A DNA stretch of 39,045 nt from Alphaproteobacteria bacterium (GTDB taxonomy: Bacteria; Pseudomonadota; Alphaproteobacteria; Rs-D84), in contig JAVBPX010000013.1 in the NCBI GenBank assembly GCA_031549365.1, positions 1-39,045 of the forward strand, read 5' to 3'. The notes below the pieces were generated by a model. The model was not told the origin of the DNA, did no database searches, and was given only the letters and a program-made list of their open reading frames with translations. The position numbers and the translations under genes are program-made. Of the stretch, positions 28,168 to 38,211 are shown one piece after another (position 1 is the stretch's first letter; each line of letters opens with the position of its first letter).

Positions 28168-29648
28168 TATTTGCCGCCCGATGGTTTTGGCTTGATTAAA
28201 ATGCCTGGTAATTTTTGGATGTTTTTAAATCCAGTTTTAAACAACGATTCAACGTTTTGACCGAATTTAAAGAAATCCATATTGCCGCCAGCCAAGAATG
28301 TTTTATCAATTTTTTCGCGCAACAATGCGTGATAGAAAATAAATAAACCAATCATCATCCAGAAAAATTCAAATGAATTATTCAAGAAATCAAAGTATTC
28401 AGGAGTTTGGGACTTTTTCGTCATGAAGCATTGTTTGAATTTTGTTTTATCCGGAGTGCCGTCCGAGGTGCGGGCATATTGTTCACAGTCAGAGAATATT
28501 TTTGCGATTTGTGGGCGAGCCATGAGTTCGGATGCATCAGTTGCCGATAAATTTAGACCGATTTCAGGTGGAAATAGTGCGGTGTATCCATCAACTGGGC
28601 CCGGAAAGAATTTGTCCGATGCAAATAAAACCATGACATATATTATTGTGATTTTTAATGTTACGCCCACCATTTTTACCATCGATTTGGCAAGCGTGCC
28701 AATGGCGTTTGGGCCTACCCCTTCGAACAGTTTATATTTAAATGCGTAGCTGGCGATTATTAATGGCAAGAATACAACCAGTATTGCGAGTGAGAATATT
28801 ATGTTCATTATATCAAATACGATTTCAAAACCGATAAACAAAAACATTAGCACCAAGGCAATGCCCATTATCCAGTGCAGCATGTGATTATCAAACCAAC
28901 CGAAATTCATTAGGGCAAAGCCGCCAGATGCGCCCGCCAACATGATCGTATTAACATTTCCAATTGTGCATAAAAATGGGTCCATGATTGATTTTGAAAC
29001 CAGTGTTGCGTTACTGTCCACACCGCGGGCCGCCCAATCTGGTAAATTTAATTCAGATGGATTTGAGTGTGATGTGCAATATTTTCCATCTATGTTTGTA
29101 ACCGACATAGCAACAGAATTACCAACTGATAAAATGGGTGTTACGGTTAATGATGAAATTGTTGTCATCATGGATGATCCAGAAAATCCAAGTACTCCCA
29201 AAAAACCACCGACTAGTAATAGACGGATTCCCTGGGATTGAATGGGCTCCCAGTATTTTGCAAAATCGATTTTACGTTCGCCCGCGTCCAGTTTGGTGGT
29301 TTGGTCTGCGGAGTCTTTTAATGTTTTATATGTGTGAAACAGGATGAATATTGCCATGCCAAATACCAGTAAAATCCATGTGTGGCGAATCAATGTGTCG
29401 TATATTGCAAATGCGGCACCTGTTATTAAATATAACAATGTTTCGATATAGGGGCACAGCAGGCAAGATGTTGAATTTACCGAGCAGGTTCCATTTTCGC
29501 AGGCCCCGATTGCGTTCATAAATTGATCCAGGGATACATAAGTCAATGAAGATCCATTTATTGAATCGTACAAATACCAAAAGCCTAGGCCAATGACGCC
29601 GATCCATAGCAATAAACGAATTAATAAAATGATCCAGTTTGCTTTCAT
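28167..29648 (-). CDS. VirB6/TrbL-like polytopic membrane protein, paralog 4
   Basis: CLLC, TPILSVG, FLCTI, ..VVFLPLIIASYAF core. Confidence 0.6.
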   Translation of the reverse strand: MKANWIILLIRLLLWIGVIGLGFWYLYDSINGSSLTYVSLDQFMNAIGACENGTCSVNSTSCLLCPYIETLLYLITGAAFAIYDTLIRHTWILLVFGMAIFILFHTYKTLKDSADQTTKLDAGERKIDFAKYWEPIQSQGIRLLLVGGFLGVLGFSGSSMMTTISSLTVTPILSVGNSVAMSVTNIDGKYCTSHSNPSELNLPDWAARGVDSNATLVSKSIMDPFLCTIGNVNTIMLAGASGGFALMNFGWFDNHMLHWIMGIALVLMFLFIGFEIVFDIMNIIFSLAILVVFLPLIIASYAFKYKLFEGVGPNAIGTLAKSMVKMVGVTLKITIIYVMVLFASDKFFPGPVDGYTALFPPEIGLNLSATDASELMARPQIAKIFSDCEQYARTSDGTPDKTKFKQCFMTKKSQTPEYFDFLNNSFEFFWMMIGLFIFYHALLREKIDKTFLAGGNMDFFKFGQNVESLFKTGFKNIQKLPGILIKPKPSGGK

Positions 29649-30889
29649 TGTTTTTTATCCTCTTTCTTTTTGAAGGATTTGATGAATTTCTTTGTCGTAT
29701 TCGTTATGTCGCCTGCCAATTTTTCAAGATTTGTATTTACGTTATCGCCGTGAGTGGTTGAAGGCTTGACACTGAATGCGTCCGTTATCATCGATTGGAC
29801 GCGAGGGATTTCGCGCATGATAAATTCAATTACAAATGCCAATGTTATAATGCCCAGTAGAGCGTTTGTTGCAAGAGGTGATCGCAAGGCCAATTCTGCC
29901 GATGAATAATCGCCGGACAAAATATATTGCATCATTGGGTTGCCAGCAGGGTTTGATGATCCGGACAAAAAGTATGCCATGATTGTCATTGATACGATGT
30001 ATGTAATCATTACGGCGAACAAGGTTGTGATTGCGTTTATTACGTCGCTGAAAAAGCTGGCGGTTGTAGATCCCAAACCTTTGACAACGCCCGATGATTC
30101 CGAATTTTGAAACACATATCCAACAAGCATTAATGGAAAGAAAAATGCAAACATCGTAAGAGCAACAATTACGTCCACAAAGTGCCAGCAGAATTTTATA
30201 AACAGTTTAAAGAAAAACCAGATGATGATTAATCCTAGTAAAAATATTAACGTGTGTTCCAATAATCCAGGTAAGTTTATAACGTCTGACCAGGTGAAGG
30301 CAGATGATATCGCCGCAAATCCAAACATGATAAATGATTGAAAAACGGTTGTTGATGTTTTCATTAAGCGGATTATCCCATCGCGTAATTCGGGATTGTA
30401 GAAATGTTCGGAATTTTTATCGATTGGCATTGGTTCGTATTTTACACGGGCGTCCACAAATTCAGGGGTTGTTTGAAGCACTGCGTCCGCATACATTATT
30501 GTTACATTGGTTATAGGTTCGAAGGTTGCGCGGGTTACCAATTTTGGAAAGGCGACGCCCATGCCAAGTAGTGCCGAAATTACAGCGGCGTTAATTAATG
30601 TTGGTAATAATTTTTTTTGGTATTCTCCGACATCTTTGACGGTTTTCATGTTTTTGATAATTATGTACAAAACATAAAATGCGAGGCCGAATGCCATGAT
30701 GATTAATCCCAAATACGCCATTTTATCATAAAGGGCAGCGGCTGTTTTAGATACGATTTGGAATAGCAAATCAAATACGGGACAACCCCAACATTGGATT
30801 GTTTTTTGTGTCGCGGATTCAAAAATACCAGCAGCATAAGTTGGTGCCGACAACAATATCATGAAAAGGTAGAGGATCAATTTTTTCAT
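29645..30889 (-). CDS. VirB6/TrbL-like polytopic membrane protein, paralog 3
   Basis: Signal peptide, CWGC, EPITNV, ..AFFFPLMLVGYVF core. Confidence 0.6.
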   Translation of the reverse strand: MKKLILYLFMILLSAPTYAAGIFESATQKTIQCWGCPVFDLLFQIVSKTAAALYDKMAYLGLIIMAFGLAFYVLYIIIKNMKTVKDVGEYQKKLLPTLINAAVISALLGMGVAFPKLVTRATFEPITNVTIMYADAVLQTTPEFVDARVKYEPMPIDKNSEHFYNPELRDGIIRLMKTSTTVFQSFIMFGFAAISSAFTWSDVINLPGLLEHTLIFLLGLIIIWFFFKLFIKFCWHFVDVIVALTMFAFFFPLMLVGYVFQNSESSGVVKGLGSTTASFFSDVINAITTLFAVMITYIVSMTIMAYFLSGSSNPAGNPMMQYILSGDYSSAELALRSPLATNALLGIITLAFVIEFIMREIPRVQSMITDAFSVKPSTTHGDNVNTNLEKLAGDITNTTKKFIKSFKKKEDKKQ

Positions 30890-32007
30890 TTTGCCCCCCC
30901 TGGTTTTTTCATGAAGTTTTTTGCCAGGCCAGCAACGTTTTTGCCAAATGTTGTTATGGTGCCGGTTGCTGATTTATAAATGCTTTGATCAGATTCGCCG
31001 CCGTATGAGGCAATTTTCTTTTGAGTTAAGTCAAAGATTTCATACATCACCATGAATGTTAATATGGCAGACAGCCAGGTAAATTCATGTGCCCCGAATC
31101 CAGATACCAAATCGTTTGATGTTATTTGGCGGAGCCTTTCCATTTCTGTGGGGCCGAATAGTGCACGAACCAATTGGATGTTTATGATAATTACAAACGC
31201 AGACATAATCATCGTTAATATCAGTTTTCGGAGGGCTGAAATTATATCCGAAAATACGGGTAAAAAGTTTGCCCAATCGTCGTTGCCAGGCTTTATAACA
31301 TAAACAACAATTTTAAATGGGTATAAAATTAGTGCCATTCCAAAATGAAATATTGCTGTGATAAACATTAAAGACATAAATAAATTGGATGAGAAAAATG
31401 CCAGCACCAGGGCGAGGCCGGTTAAGACCTGGAGAAATTTTAAAGTTATGGCGCCATTGATTGCAAGCTCAACGCCGGATTTTATGATTTCATTGTTTTT
31501 TTTGGAAATTTCCTGTAGAGGCGCGGTTAGATAATAGCGCGAGGATTCTGAATAGTAATCTGTGTCTGAATGCGCAGTTGCCGGAGTATAACGCTGTAAT
31601 GTGAAGTCGTGTTCATTGCCAAGGATGTGTGATGTATATATTGCCCCAAATTGTAAAAATGGATCAATTCCGTATTGGATGATGTATTTTGGGTTTAATG
31701 GTAAAAGCAATGATATTGCGATTACCCCGCGCATGATTGGTTTTAAAATGTTTTCCGCCAGTTTAAATGGGTCTGGTTTGTCAGATTGGATTATAAAATC
31801 CGAGTTTAATTTTAATGCTGATAAAAATTGTTTTGGGATAAATTGTTTTACGATGTATACAGTCAGGCTGAACAGTAAAAAGATATAGATTAGTGTTGGA
31901 ATAATTGGACGAAAATATTGATATGTTCCGATTGCCACGTGTGTAAACGCGTCCAATACCATTGGGACAAGAGGTGCCAGTGAAAGATCAATTAACGGTG
32001 TGGACAT
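30886..32007 (-). CDS. VirB6/TrbL-like polytopic membrane protein, paralog 2
   Basis: DPFLQFG, ..LILYPFKIVVYV core; no CxxC. Confidence 0.55.
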   Translation of the reverse strand: MSTPLIDLSLAPLVPMVLDAFTHVAIGTYQYFRPIIPTLIYIFLLFSLTVYIVKQFIPKQFLSALKLNSDFIIQSDKPDPFKLAENILKPIMRGVIAISLLLPLNPKYIIQYGIDPFLQFGAIYTSHILGNEHDFTLQRYTPATAHSDTDYYSESSRYYLTAPLQEISKKNNEIIKSGVELAINGAITLKFLQVLTGLALVLAFFSSNLFMSLMFITAIFHFGMALILYPFKIVVYVIKPGNDDWANFLPVFSDIISALRKLILTMIMSAFVIIINIQLVRALFGPTEMERLRQITSNDLVSGFGAHEFTWLSAILTFMVMYEIFDLTQKKIASYGGESDQSIYKSATGTITTFGKNVAGLAKNFMKKPGGAK

Positions 32008-33326
32008 TATTCTTTTTTATCCTGTGGCTTTTTGCGGTAGAGTTTAATCATGTTTTTAATATTATCGTTGGCGGTTTTCATGTTTTGTTTTGCTTTTTCA
32101 TAATATTCTTTTGGTATGCCAACGGTTTTAAATAATTCGTTTACCAGTGTTGGAATTGATGTCATAAACATGGTTAGAAAAATTCCGATGAAAATCATCA
32201 TCATGATTGAATTGTTTTCAAGTGCGACACCGTTCATGAAAATTTCAGGGTCATTATTTTGAAATGCGGTTGCAATTATGTTGGCGCGAGGATTATTTGG
32301 AGAAAATAGTGCGTTCAAGAAAAATAGAGAAAAAGTTGTGAATATCCCAACAACTGCGATGCCGGCGGTGTTTTTAATTAATTTGTCGATGATTGTTTGG
32401 ATGTCCGATTCTTTGACTGGGAAAACGGGGTTCTTTTGGAACAGCCAGCCAAGAAGCAGCAAGGGCAATAGTAAAAAATCCATGGCAAGTTCAACAATGA
32501 TTTTTAAAAAATATAATGGCACAGGGAATGTTGCAAAAACGTACAAAAGCACGATTAATAATCCAATCAGGAAAAATCCAATGTTTGGAAATACGGGGAC
32601 GCCCATAATTTGATACATGTGTGTTGAATTAAATGCCGAGTTTAGCAAGGTCCAGCCAACGGTCATGCCTGTCCCTGTTAGACGATGGAACATTGCAATT
32701 TGACATACCAGATTGTGGCGGAGTGATGGAGAAAAACTTTCCGTTTTGGCGTTTGGAGATGGGTCGTTTGCAGCAGTTGTTATTAAACAAGTTTCAAATG
32801 CGTTCGCGTGTTCGGAAGGTGAAAATTGCCGATCCATAATCCGGCCGTATGAAAGGCCGATTGAAAATATTGGTTCGATAAATGTTCCGGTTATTATTCG
32901 AGGTAGTGGAATATACAGGAGGGCGATGACAAATGTTGCGCGAATAAAATGGGTGCCGTATTGGCCGGCAAGTGTCCAGGGCGAATCTGGGACGCTGAAT
33001 TTTGCGAGGTAGTGCGATAAAATTCCCCATGCAATCCAGATCGCTGTTATTAAAACAATGGATAAGAATATTATATCTGCAAGCGATGAGTAGGTCGCTG
33101 AAATTATATCGGATAGCCCAGATATAATGCCGCCAAACAAATTGCACGACCAACAGGATGAGAAAAAATCAAATGCGGATAACATATCGACAGGTGTGTT
33201 TGAACGATAGATTGAATACCCTGCGATTCCAACGGCCCCAACAATCAAGCCCACGACAACAGGAGCGACCGCCATTGCCGAGAATGGAATAAATGTCAGT
33301 AATAATGCGGACCAGATGCGTTTCAT
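32007..33326 (-). CDS. VirB6/TrbL-like polytopic membrane protein, paralog 1
   Basis: Signal peptide, CWSC, EPIFSIG, LVCQI, ..FLLLPLLLLGWLF core. Confidence 0.6.
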   Translation of the reverse strand: MKRIWSALLLTFIPFSAMAVAPVVVGLIVGAVGIAGYSIYRSNTPVDMLSAFDFFSSCWSCNLFGGIISGLSDIISATYSSLADIIFLSIVLITAIWIAWGILSHYLAKFSVPDSPWTLAGQYGTHFIRATFVIALLYIPLPRIITGTFIEPIFSIGLSYGRIMDRQFSPSEHANAFETCLITTAANDPSPNAKTESFSPSLRHNLVCQIAMFHRLTGTGMTVGWTLLNSAFNSTHMYQIMGVPVFPNIGFFLIGLLIVLLYVFATFPVPLYFLKIIVELAMDFLLLPLLLLGWLFQKNPVFPVKESDIQTIIDKLIKNTAGIAVVGIFTTFSLFFLNALFSPNNPRANIIATAFQNNDPEIFMNGVALENNSIMMMIFIGIFLTMFMTSIPTLVNELFKTVGIPKEYYEKAKQNMKTANDNIKNMIKLYRKKPQDKKE

Positions 33327-33673
33327 TTTTTCGGTTTGGGTTTAGATCCCTTGCGCGAATGTGTCGTAGGGATGACAGCGGTGGTTTTATTTTTTGTTGG
33401 CTTTTTGTATAAATCGGATTTTTTATAGATAAACCAAGGACAGCCAATAATTAAAAATATCGACGTGCCGAATAAAATCCAGCGGCCGCCCATTGCGCAA
33501 ATTGTAAGAGTTGCGATGATAAATAAAATCAGGGCGATGGATTCCAGCGTGTTTTCACGTGTGAAGTTTAATAGGCGTGGTTTTTTGTTTGATTGCAAAG
33601 ATTGCAACGGAGTCGTGACCCCCAGCAATGAGGATTCATTATTTTTCTTGGTTTTGTCGATGTTTTTTGGCAT
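33323..33673 (-). CDS. Small two-TM basic protein leading the paralog operon
   Basis: ATGA overlap with paralog 1; start MPKNID at 33673 after GGGGG; two hydrophobic segments. Confidence 0.65.
   Translation of the reverse strand: MPKNIDKTKKNNESSLLGVTTPLQSLQSNKKPRLLNFTRENTLESIALILFIIATLTICAMGGRWILFGTSIFLIIGCPWFIYKKSDLYKKPTKNKTTAVIPTTHSRKGSKPKPKK
33592..33632 (+). repeat. Degenerate REP-like hairpin inside a CDS (antisense to the gene)
   Basis: 34 of 41 nt identical to 6692-6732. Confidence 0.8.
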
Positions 33674-33844
33674 TTTTCCCCCATTCATTCGCATTATAGA
33701 AGTTTCGTACATTTTGGGCAATTGTTTTTTTATAAAATTTCGACGTGAATACTTGAAAAATTGCCGTTTTTGTGTTATATTGTGTTATCAAGGTTGGTTG
33801 GTTATTTTGGGCCAGCGTTGATAGACCAATCAGGAGGCCGTGAG

Positions 33845-36127
33845 TTGGCAAAGTATGATGCTTTTTTAGAGAATTATTTTCAGCAGATGCACGCAGATCA
33901 GGGTGGAACATCTGGGCAGTTTTCCGTATTATCAAAGGGGCATAAAAAAAAGGCAAATGGCAAAGATTTAGAAAAATTTTATAATGCTGCGTTTTTAGGC
34001 CGGATTGTTGAAGATATTAAGCGTTTTTCAAAATTACAAGATTTTCCGGCAGGAACATTGAACCCACAGCAATTGGCAGCAAAGCTAGATGCGGAATGGT
34101 TGAATAATGAGGATAAGTATATTGAACAATTTATTGTTCCGATGGCCGAAGTTTCTGGGATATTTTCTGATTTAAAAGCAACAGATCCAAGAGATGGGTC
34201 GAAAGAAAAAACAAAAATTGAAAATGCCAGGGATGCTATTAATGGATTAAGGGATTCTTTTGTCGCGAGTTGGCCTGTGCCAACGCCGGATCAGGCGGCC
34301 ATAATTGCAAATTTGGATACAATAGTTGCAGGATTGAACGGATCATTGGCAAGTCCCACTTTGTCAAGCGTTCCGCCGGTTTTAAATGCAACAGATTTGG
34401 CCGATATACAGCAGGAATTTAATAATTTTTTAGTATTAGGTAAAGATAAAACAAAACCGTTTTTTGATCGAATTAAAAATATGTATTCGGTCGCGGGTAT
34501 TGCGGATGATGACGATAGAGTTTTATATATTAAAGAAATTTTAGGAAATTTTGGAAAAATTGAAAGCCCGCTGCCAACGGGAGGTGAATTAAAAAATTAT
34601 TTGGATGGCTTGAAGGCTGTTGGAAAAAATAAAGGTGTTACAGATCAAATTTTAAATGCAATTGATATTGATCAAAATGGTTTAGGTCCCGATGGTTTAG
34701 AGGAGTTATATAAGGATTTTTGGGCTGCCTTTGAATCAATGCGTTCGGATAAGGATTTGCCAAGTAAAGAAAAAGAGAAAGCATTTTTTGATAAGTACAA
34801 AGGATTGTTTCCAGAAAAAACCGTTGATGACGAGACAAAAAATGGGCAAGCTGATATTTTGACTTATTTGAGAGATCCTGATATTAAAAGATATTTTCAG
34901 TCTGATTGGAATTGGAAAAATTCATATGAAAAAGTTATTTCAGCATTGGAAAAAGGAAAAATAAATTCTGTTTCAGAAGAACTTAAGGAGTTATTGGATG
35001 TCGCGGATAGTATGGGTTTCGCAACTCCGTTCCCATTTGCGTCGTTCCCAGGCTTAACCGCACCAAATATAGAAAGGTTTATTGCAGAAAAATTGGATGT
35101 TAAAGATAATCCGGACCCATTAAAAATTGATAAATTTAAAAAAGAATATTCGGCAGTATTTAAGGATATTTATGATACGAAAGATGTTGCGGAATATTTA
35201 AATGGTATAGATTCAACACGTGGTATTGTTAGAAATATGAATTTTGCAAAAAGCAAAATTAAGTGGGATGAGGTTCCTACGAAAATTGAAGATTACGAAG
35301 GTAAGTGGAAAAAACGTAAAAAGAAAATAAATGAAAAATTAAATGAAACAATATTAAAGCCTTTTTCAAGACATAAAAATCATATTTATAAATCAAAATC
35401 TGCGGAAAGTATAGTTAATGCGTTATGGAAAAAAGGCATTAATCCGAGTAAGGGATTGGGAGCCTGGTTAGAGAAAAAAGACGATATAAAGAAATCTGTT
35501 GATTCTGCGCATCATGGGCATTTTGATAAGTTAGTAAAGTTTTTAGAAACACTAAAAAGCGATGCAAAAGATTTATTTGAAAATGGTTTATCCGATCCAA
35601 ATAAAATGAATGCGATTGCTGCCGAAGTTATTAATCAGGCTGTTGATGGAAAATTAAAAAAAGATGAAGCACAGGCAATTTTGGAATCAATTGCAGTTAT
35701 GAGATATAGTTTGTTTACAAGTGATAGGCGTGAAGAATTTAGGAAGGGTTTAAAGGATTCAAATATTATTGCGAATTTGCCATTTTTGCAGGGACATGAG
35801 GGTACCAAAATTTTCGGAAAAGTTGTTGATAGAGGATTGAAATTATCATTATCCATGATGTTTGAGGCCGGAGTTTTTGGCAAAAACGTTATTAACAGAA
35901 TTAAATCCAAGAAATTAAAAGAAGGCAAAAAGAGAGTTGATGCCAAGACAAAAGAATTGGATAAATTGCAAAAAACAAACCCAACAAAGGCAGAAGAGGG
36001 TAAAAAATTGCAAAATGAATTATGGGCATTTTGGAAAAATGCTATGTCTTATGAAACTTATGATTTTAATGTGTTACAAAAGCATTCTGAGATTCAAAAG
36101 GCGTTTTATGCGAGCAATGGATTATGA
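33845..36127 (+). CDS. Large Lys-rich helical hypothetical protein (760 aa)
   Basis: Long open frame; TTG 33845 lies 7 nt after AGGAGG; no signal peptide, TM or recognised domain. Confidence 0.85.
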   Translation: MAKYDAFLENYFQQMHADQGGTSGQFSVLSKGHKKKANGKDLEKFYNAAFLGRIVEDIKRFSKLQDFPAGTLNPQQLAAKLDAEWLNNEDKYIEQFIVPMAEVSGIFSDLKATDPRDGSKEKTKIENARDAINGLRDSFVASWPVPTPDQAAIIANLDTIVAGLNGSLASPTLSSVPPVLNATDLADIQQEFNNFLVLGKDKTKPFFDRIKNMYSVAGIADDDDRVLYIKEILGNFGKIESPLPTGGELKNYLDGLKAVGKNKGVTDQILNAIDIDQNGLGPDGLEELYKDFWAAFESMRSDKDLPSKEKEKAFFDKYKGLFPEKTVDDETKNGQADILTYLRDPDIKRYFQSDWNWKNSYEKVISALEKGKINSVSEELKELLDVADSMGFATPFPFASFPGLTAPNIERFIAEKLDVKDNPDPLKIDKFKKEYSAVFKDIYDTKDVAEYLNGIDSTRGIVRNMNFAKSKIKWDEVPTKIEDYEGKWKKRKKKINEKLNETILKPFSRHKNHIYKSKSAESIVNALWKKGINPSKGLGAWLEKKDDIKKSVDSAHHGHFDKLVKFLETLKSDAKDLFENGLSDPNKMNAIAAEVINQAVDGKLKKDEAQAILESIAVMRYSLFTSDRREEFRKGLKDSNIIANLPFLQGHEGTKIFGKVVDRGLKLSLSMMFEAGVFGKNVINRIKSKKLKEGKKRVDAKTKELDKLQKTNPTKAEEGKKLQNELWAFWKNAMSYETYDFNVLQKHSEIQKAFYASNGL

Positions 36128-36146
36128 TCTTTGCAATGATAATAAT

Positions 36147-36758
36147 TTAAGATAGTTGTTTGAGGGATAGGGGGAGGAGTTTTTCGACAGGCATGTCCCC
36201 ATTTTCGGTCAGAATTTTAATTACTGTGTCATATGCAGCGGCACGTTTATAGCCCAGAGATTCCAATGCGTTTATTGCGTCCATTGCGGATGCAGAGAGT
36301 CCCGTTTGTTGTGATGTGTCGGATGTCATTCCGATTTTATCCGGTGTTGCCAGGGTCATGGATTTAATTTTTGATTTTAATTCGGTGACAATTCTTTCGG
36401 CGAGCTTTGGACCAACGCCCGATACGGATGTAAACATTGTTTTATCGCCCGAATGCAGCGCGTTTAAAATTTGATTTGGTTGTAATGTAGACAATATTGC
36501 CAGGCCCATTTTTGCGCCTACGCCCTGGACTGTTGTTAATGTATTAAACCAGGTTTGTTCGGCGGCGGTTGCAAAACCGTACAGGTGGATGTGATCTTCG
36601 CGCACGTGGGTTTCAATCCATAATGTTAAATTATCGCCAGTGTTTACACGTGTGGTTGTGGATGTCGGCACGAATACGTTATAGCCAACGCCGTTTACCA
36701 TCAATATTATGGATGATTCGTTTATTGTGTCCACGATGCCGATTAATTTTCCGATCAT
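36147..36758 (-). CDS. ruvA: Holliday junction branch migration protein RuvA
   Basis: MIGKLIG, VNGVGY, HVRED..LYGF, VQGVGAK, GVGPKLAERIVTELK, ALESLGY. Confidence 0.98.
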   Translation of the reverse strand: MIGKLIGIVDTINESSIILMVNGVGYNVFVPTSTTTRVNTGDNLTLWIETHVREDHIHLYGFATAAEQTWFNTLTTVQGVGAKMGLAILSTLQPNQILNALHSGDKTMFTSVSGVGPKLAERIVTELKSKIKSMTLATPDKIGMTSDTSQQTGLSASAMDAINALESLGYKRAAAYDTVIKILTENGDMPVEKLLPLSLKQLS

Positions 36759-36784
36759 TTTGTTTTTCCGTTTTTTTCGTTTTA

Positions 36785-36851
36785 CCCCTCACCACAAAAC
36801 ATAACGATTATAAATCGCTTGTTTTGTTGCCTCTCCCGCAGGGGGCGAGGC
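36785..36851 (+). repeat. CCCCTC-hairpin-CTCTCCC..GGGGCGAG two-hairpin element
   Basis: Same architecture as 38878-38945 with a different, still paired middle stem. Confidence 0.75.
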
Positions 36852-37135
36852 GATAAAAGTATTCATTACAATTGGATTATGGGATATTTTTAAGAGTGGG
36901 TCAAGTGATCGATTAAGGATGGTTTGTTTATGATTCTGGTTATTAGGGGCAATATTTTGGACAACGCCCCTGCCAATCATAGATTGGATGGGCTATTCCA
37001 TAAAAACAAATGTTATTAACATTTGTTTATTATTCCACGCAAAATCGTAAACGATTTTTTAATTTGCCCGTATGTGGATTAATGCCGGTGTGGAATTTAT
37101 TATAGAGGTGGGTTTGGTTGTGATTCTGGTTCTGT

Positions 37136-37413
37136 GGAGAACATTTTGTCACGGAAAATTTGGTAAACAAATTTTCGAAATGTTCTTTTTGGGAGGATTA
37201 AATTTGGTGTGGAATTAATTATTTGGCGGTTGTTATTATGGTTATTGGGAAGGCGTTGTGTCACGGGAATTTGCGGATGCAAATTCCGCAACGCCTTTGA
37301 TTTTGTGATTAAGTCCGGTGTTGCAATGATTGCTGCGCCACTTTGTGGCTCGCAATGACAATTATTTTTAAGGAATTAAATTAGACGGGATTTCAGCCGG
37401 TGCTGGAATGACA
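37136..37413 (+). repeat. Mosaic repeat cluster between ruvA and yebC
   Basis: TGTCACG hairpins 37138-37186 and 37250-37297; ATGAC hairpins 37321-37360 and 37388-37413. Confidence 0.85.
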
Positions 37414-37491
37414 TTGGGCGGTTTTTGGTTGATTTTTGGCGTTTTATTGTGTAATATTTTTGAGCAATATTAAAAAATAAGAGGATTTATT

Positions 37492-38211
37492 ATGGCTGGA
37501 CATTCAAAGTGGCATAATATTATGCACAGAAAAGGGGCGCAGGACAGAATTCGCGCCGGGTTGTTTACAAAATTGGCCAGGGAAATTACCATGGCTGCCA
37601 AAGTTGGTGATCCAAATCCTGAAAATAATCCAAGGTTGCGTTTGGCAATTTTTAATGCGCGTAAAGAATCCATGCCGAATGATAATATTAAACGGGCAAT
37701 TGATCGCGCGACAGCCGCCGGTGGTGAAAATTACGAAGCCGTTCGTTACGAGGGGTATGGTCCGGGGGCGGTGCCTGTTATTGTTGAGGCTTTGACCGAT
37801 AATCCGCGTCGCACAGTTCCAGAAGTTCGTGCTATATTCACCAAGGCTGGGGGAAATTTGGGAGAAAATGGATCGGTTTCGTATATGTTTAGCAGAATCG
37901 GTTTGATAGTTTATTCATTAAGTGTTGCGCCAGAAGACGTTATTTTCGAAGAAATTTTATCCGCTGGGGCCGAGGATTTAGAAGTATCAGATGATGGTTA
38001 TACCATTACAACAAATCCAGATAATTTCGCCCAGGTTCAACAGGCGTTACAGAATAAATTTGGTGAAGCCGAGCAAGCAAAGTTGACATGGGTCGCAAAT
38101 GCGCCTGTCGAAGTTTCAGGCGAAGTTGCCGAAAAATTAGAAAAATTTATGGATGCAATGGACGATAATGACGACGTTCAGAATGTATTCGTTGGGGCAA
38201 ATTTTGCATGA
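37492..38211 (+). CDS. yebC: YebC/PmpR family protein
   Basis: MAGHSKW..I.HRKG, NPRLRLA, YEGYGPG, LTDN..RT, DNDDVQNV. Confidence 0.97.
   Translation: MAGHSKWHNIMHRKGAQDRIRAGLFTKLAREITMAAKVGDPNPENNPRLRLAIFNARKESMPNDNIKRAIDRATAAGGENYEAVRYEGYGPGAVPVIVEALTDNPRRTVPEVRAIFTKAGGNLGENGSVSYMFSRIGLIVYSLSVAPEDVIFEEILSAGAEDLEVSDDGYTITTNPDNFAQVQQALQNKFGEAEQAKLTWVANAPVEVSGEVAEKLEKFMDAMDDNDDVQNVFVGANFA

Noticed and set aside
26866-33326. Conjugative element (ICE)
   Set aside because: No relaxase, coupling protein, VirB4 or integrase in the window
33761-33844. N-terminal extensions in the ORF track (also rimP, Yip1, der, mreC, 22463)
   Set aside because: Downstream starts have better SD spacing or match family N-termini; several extensions overlap divergent genes or repeats
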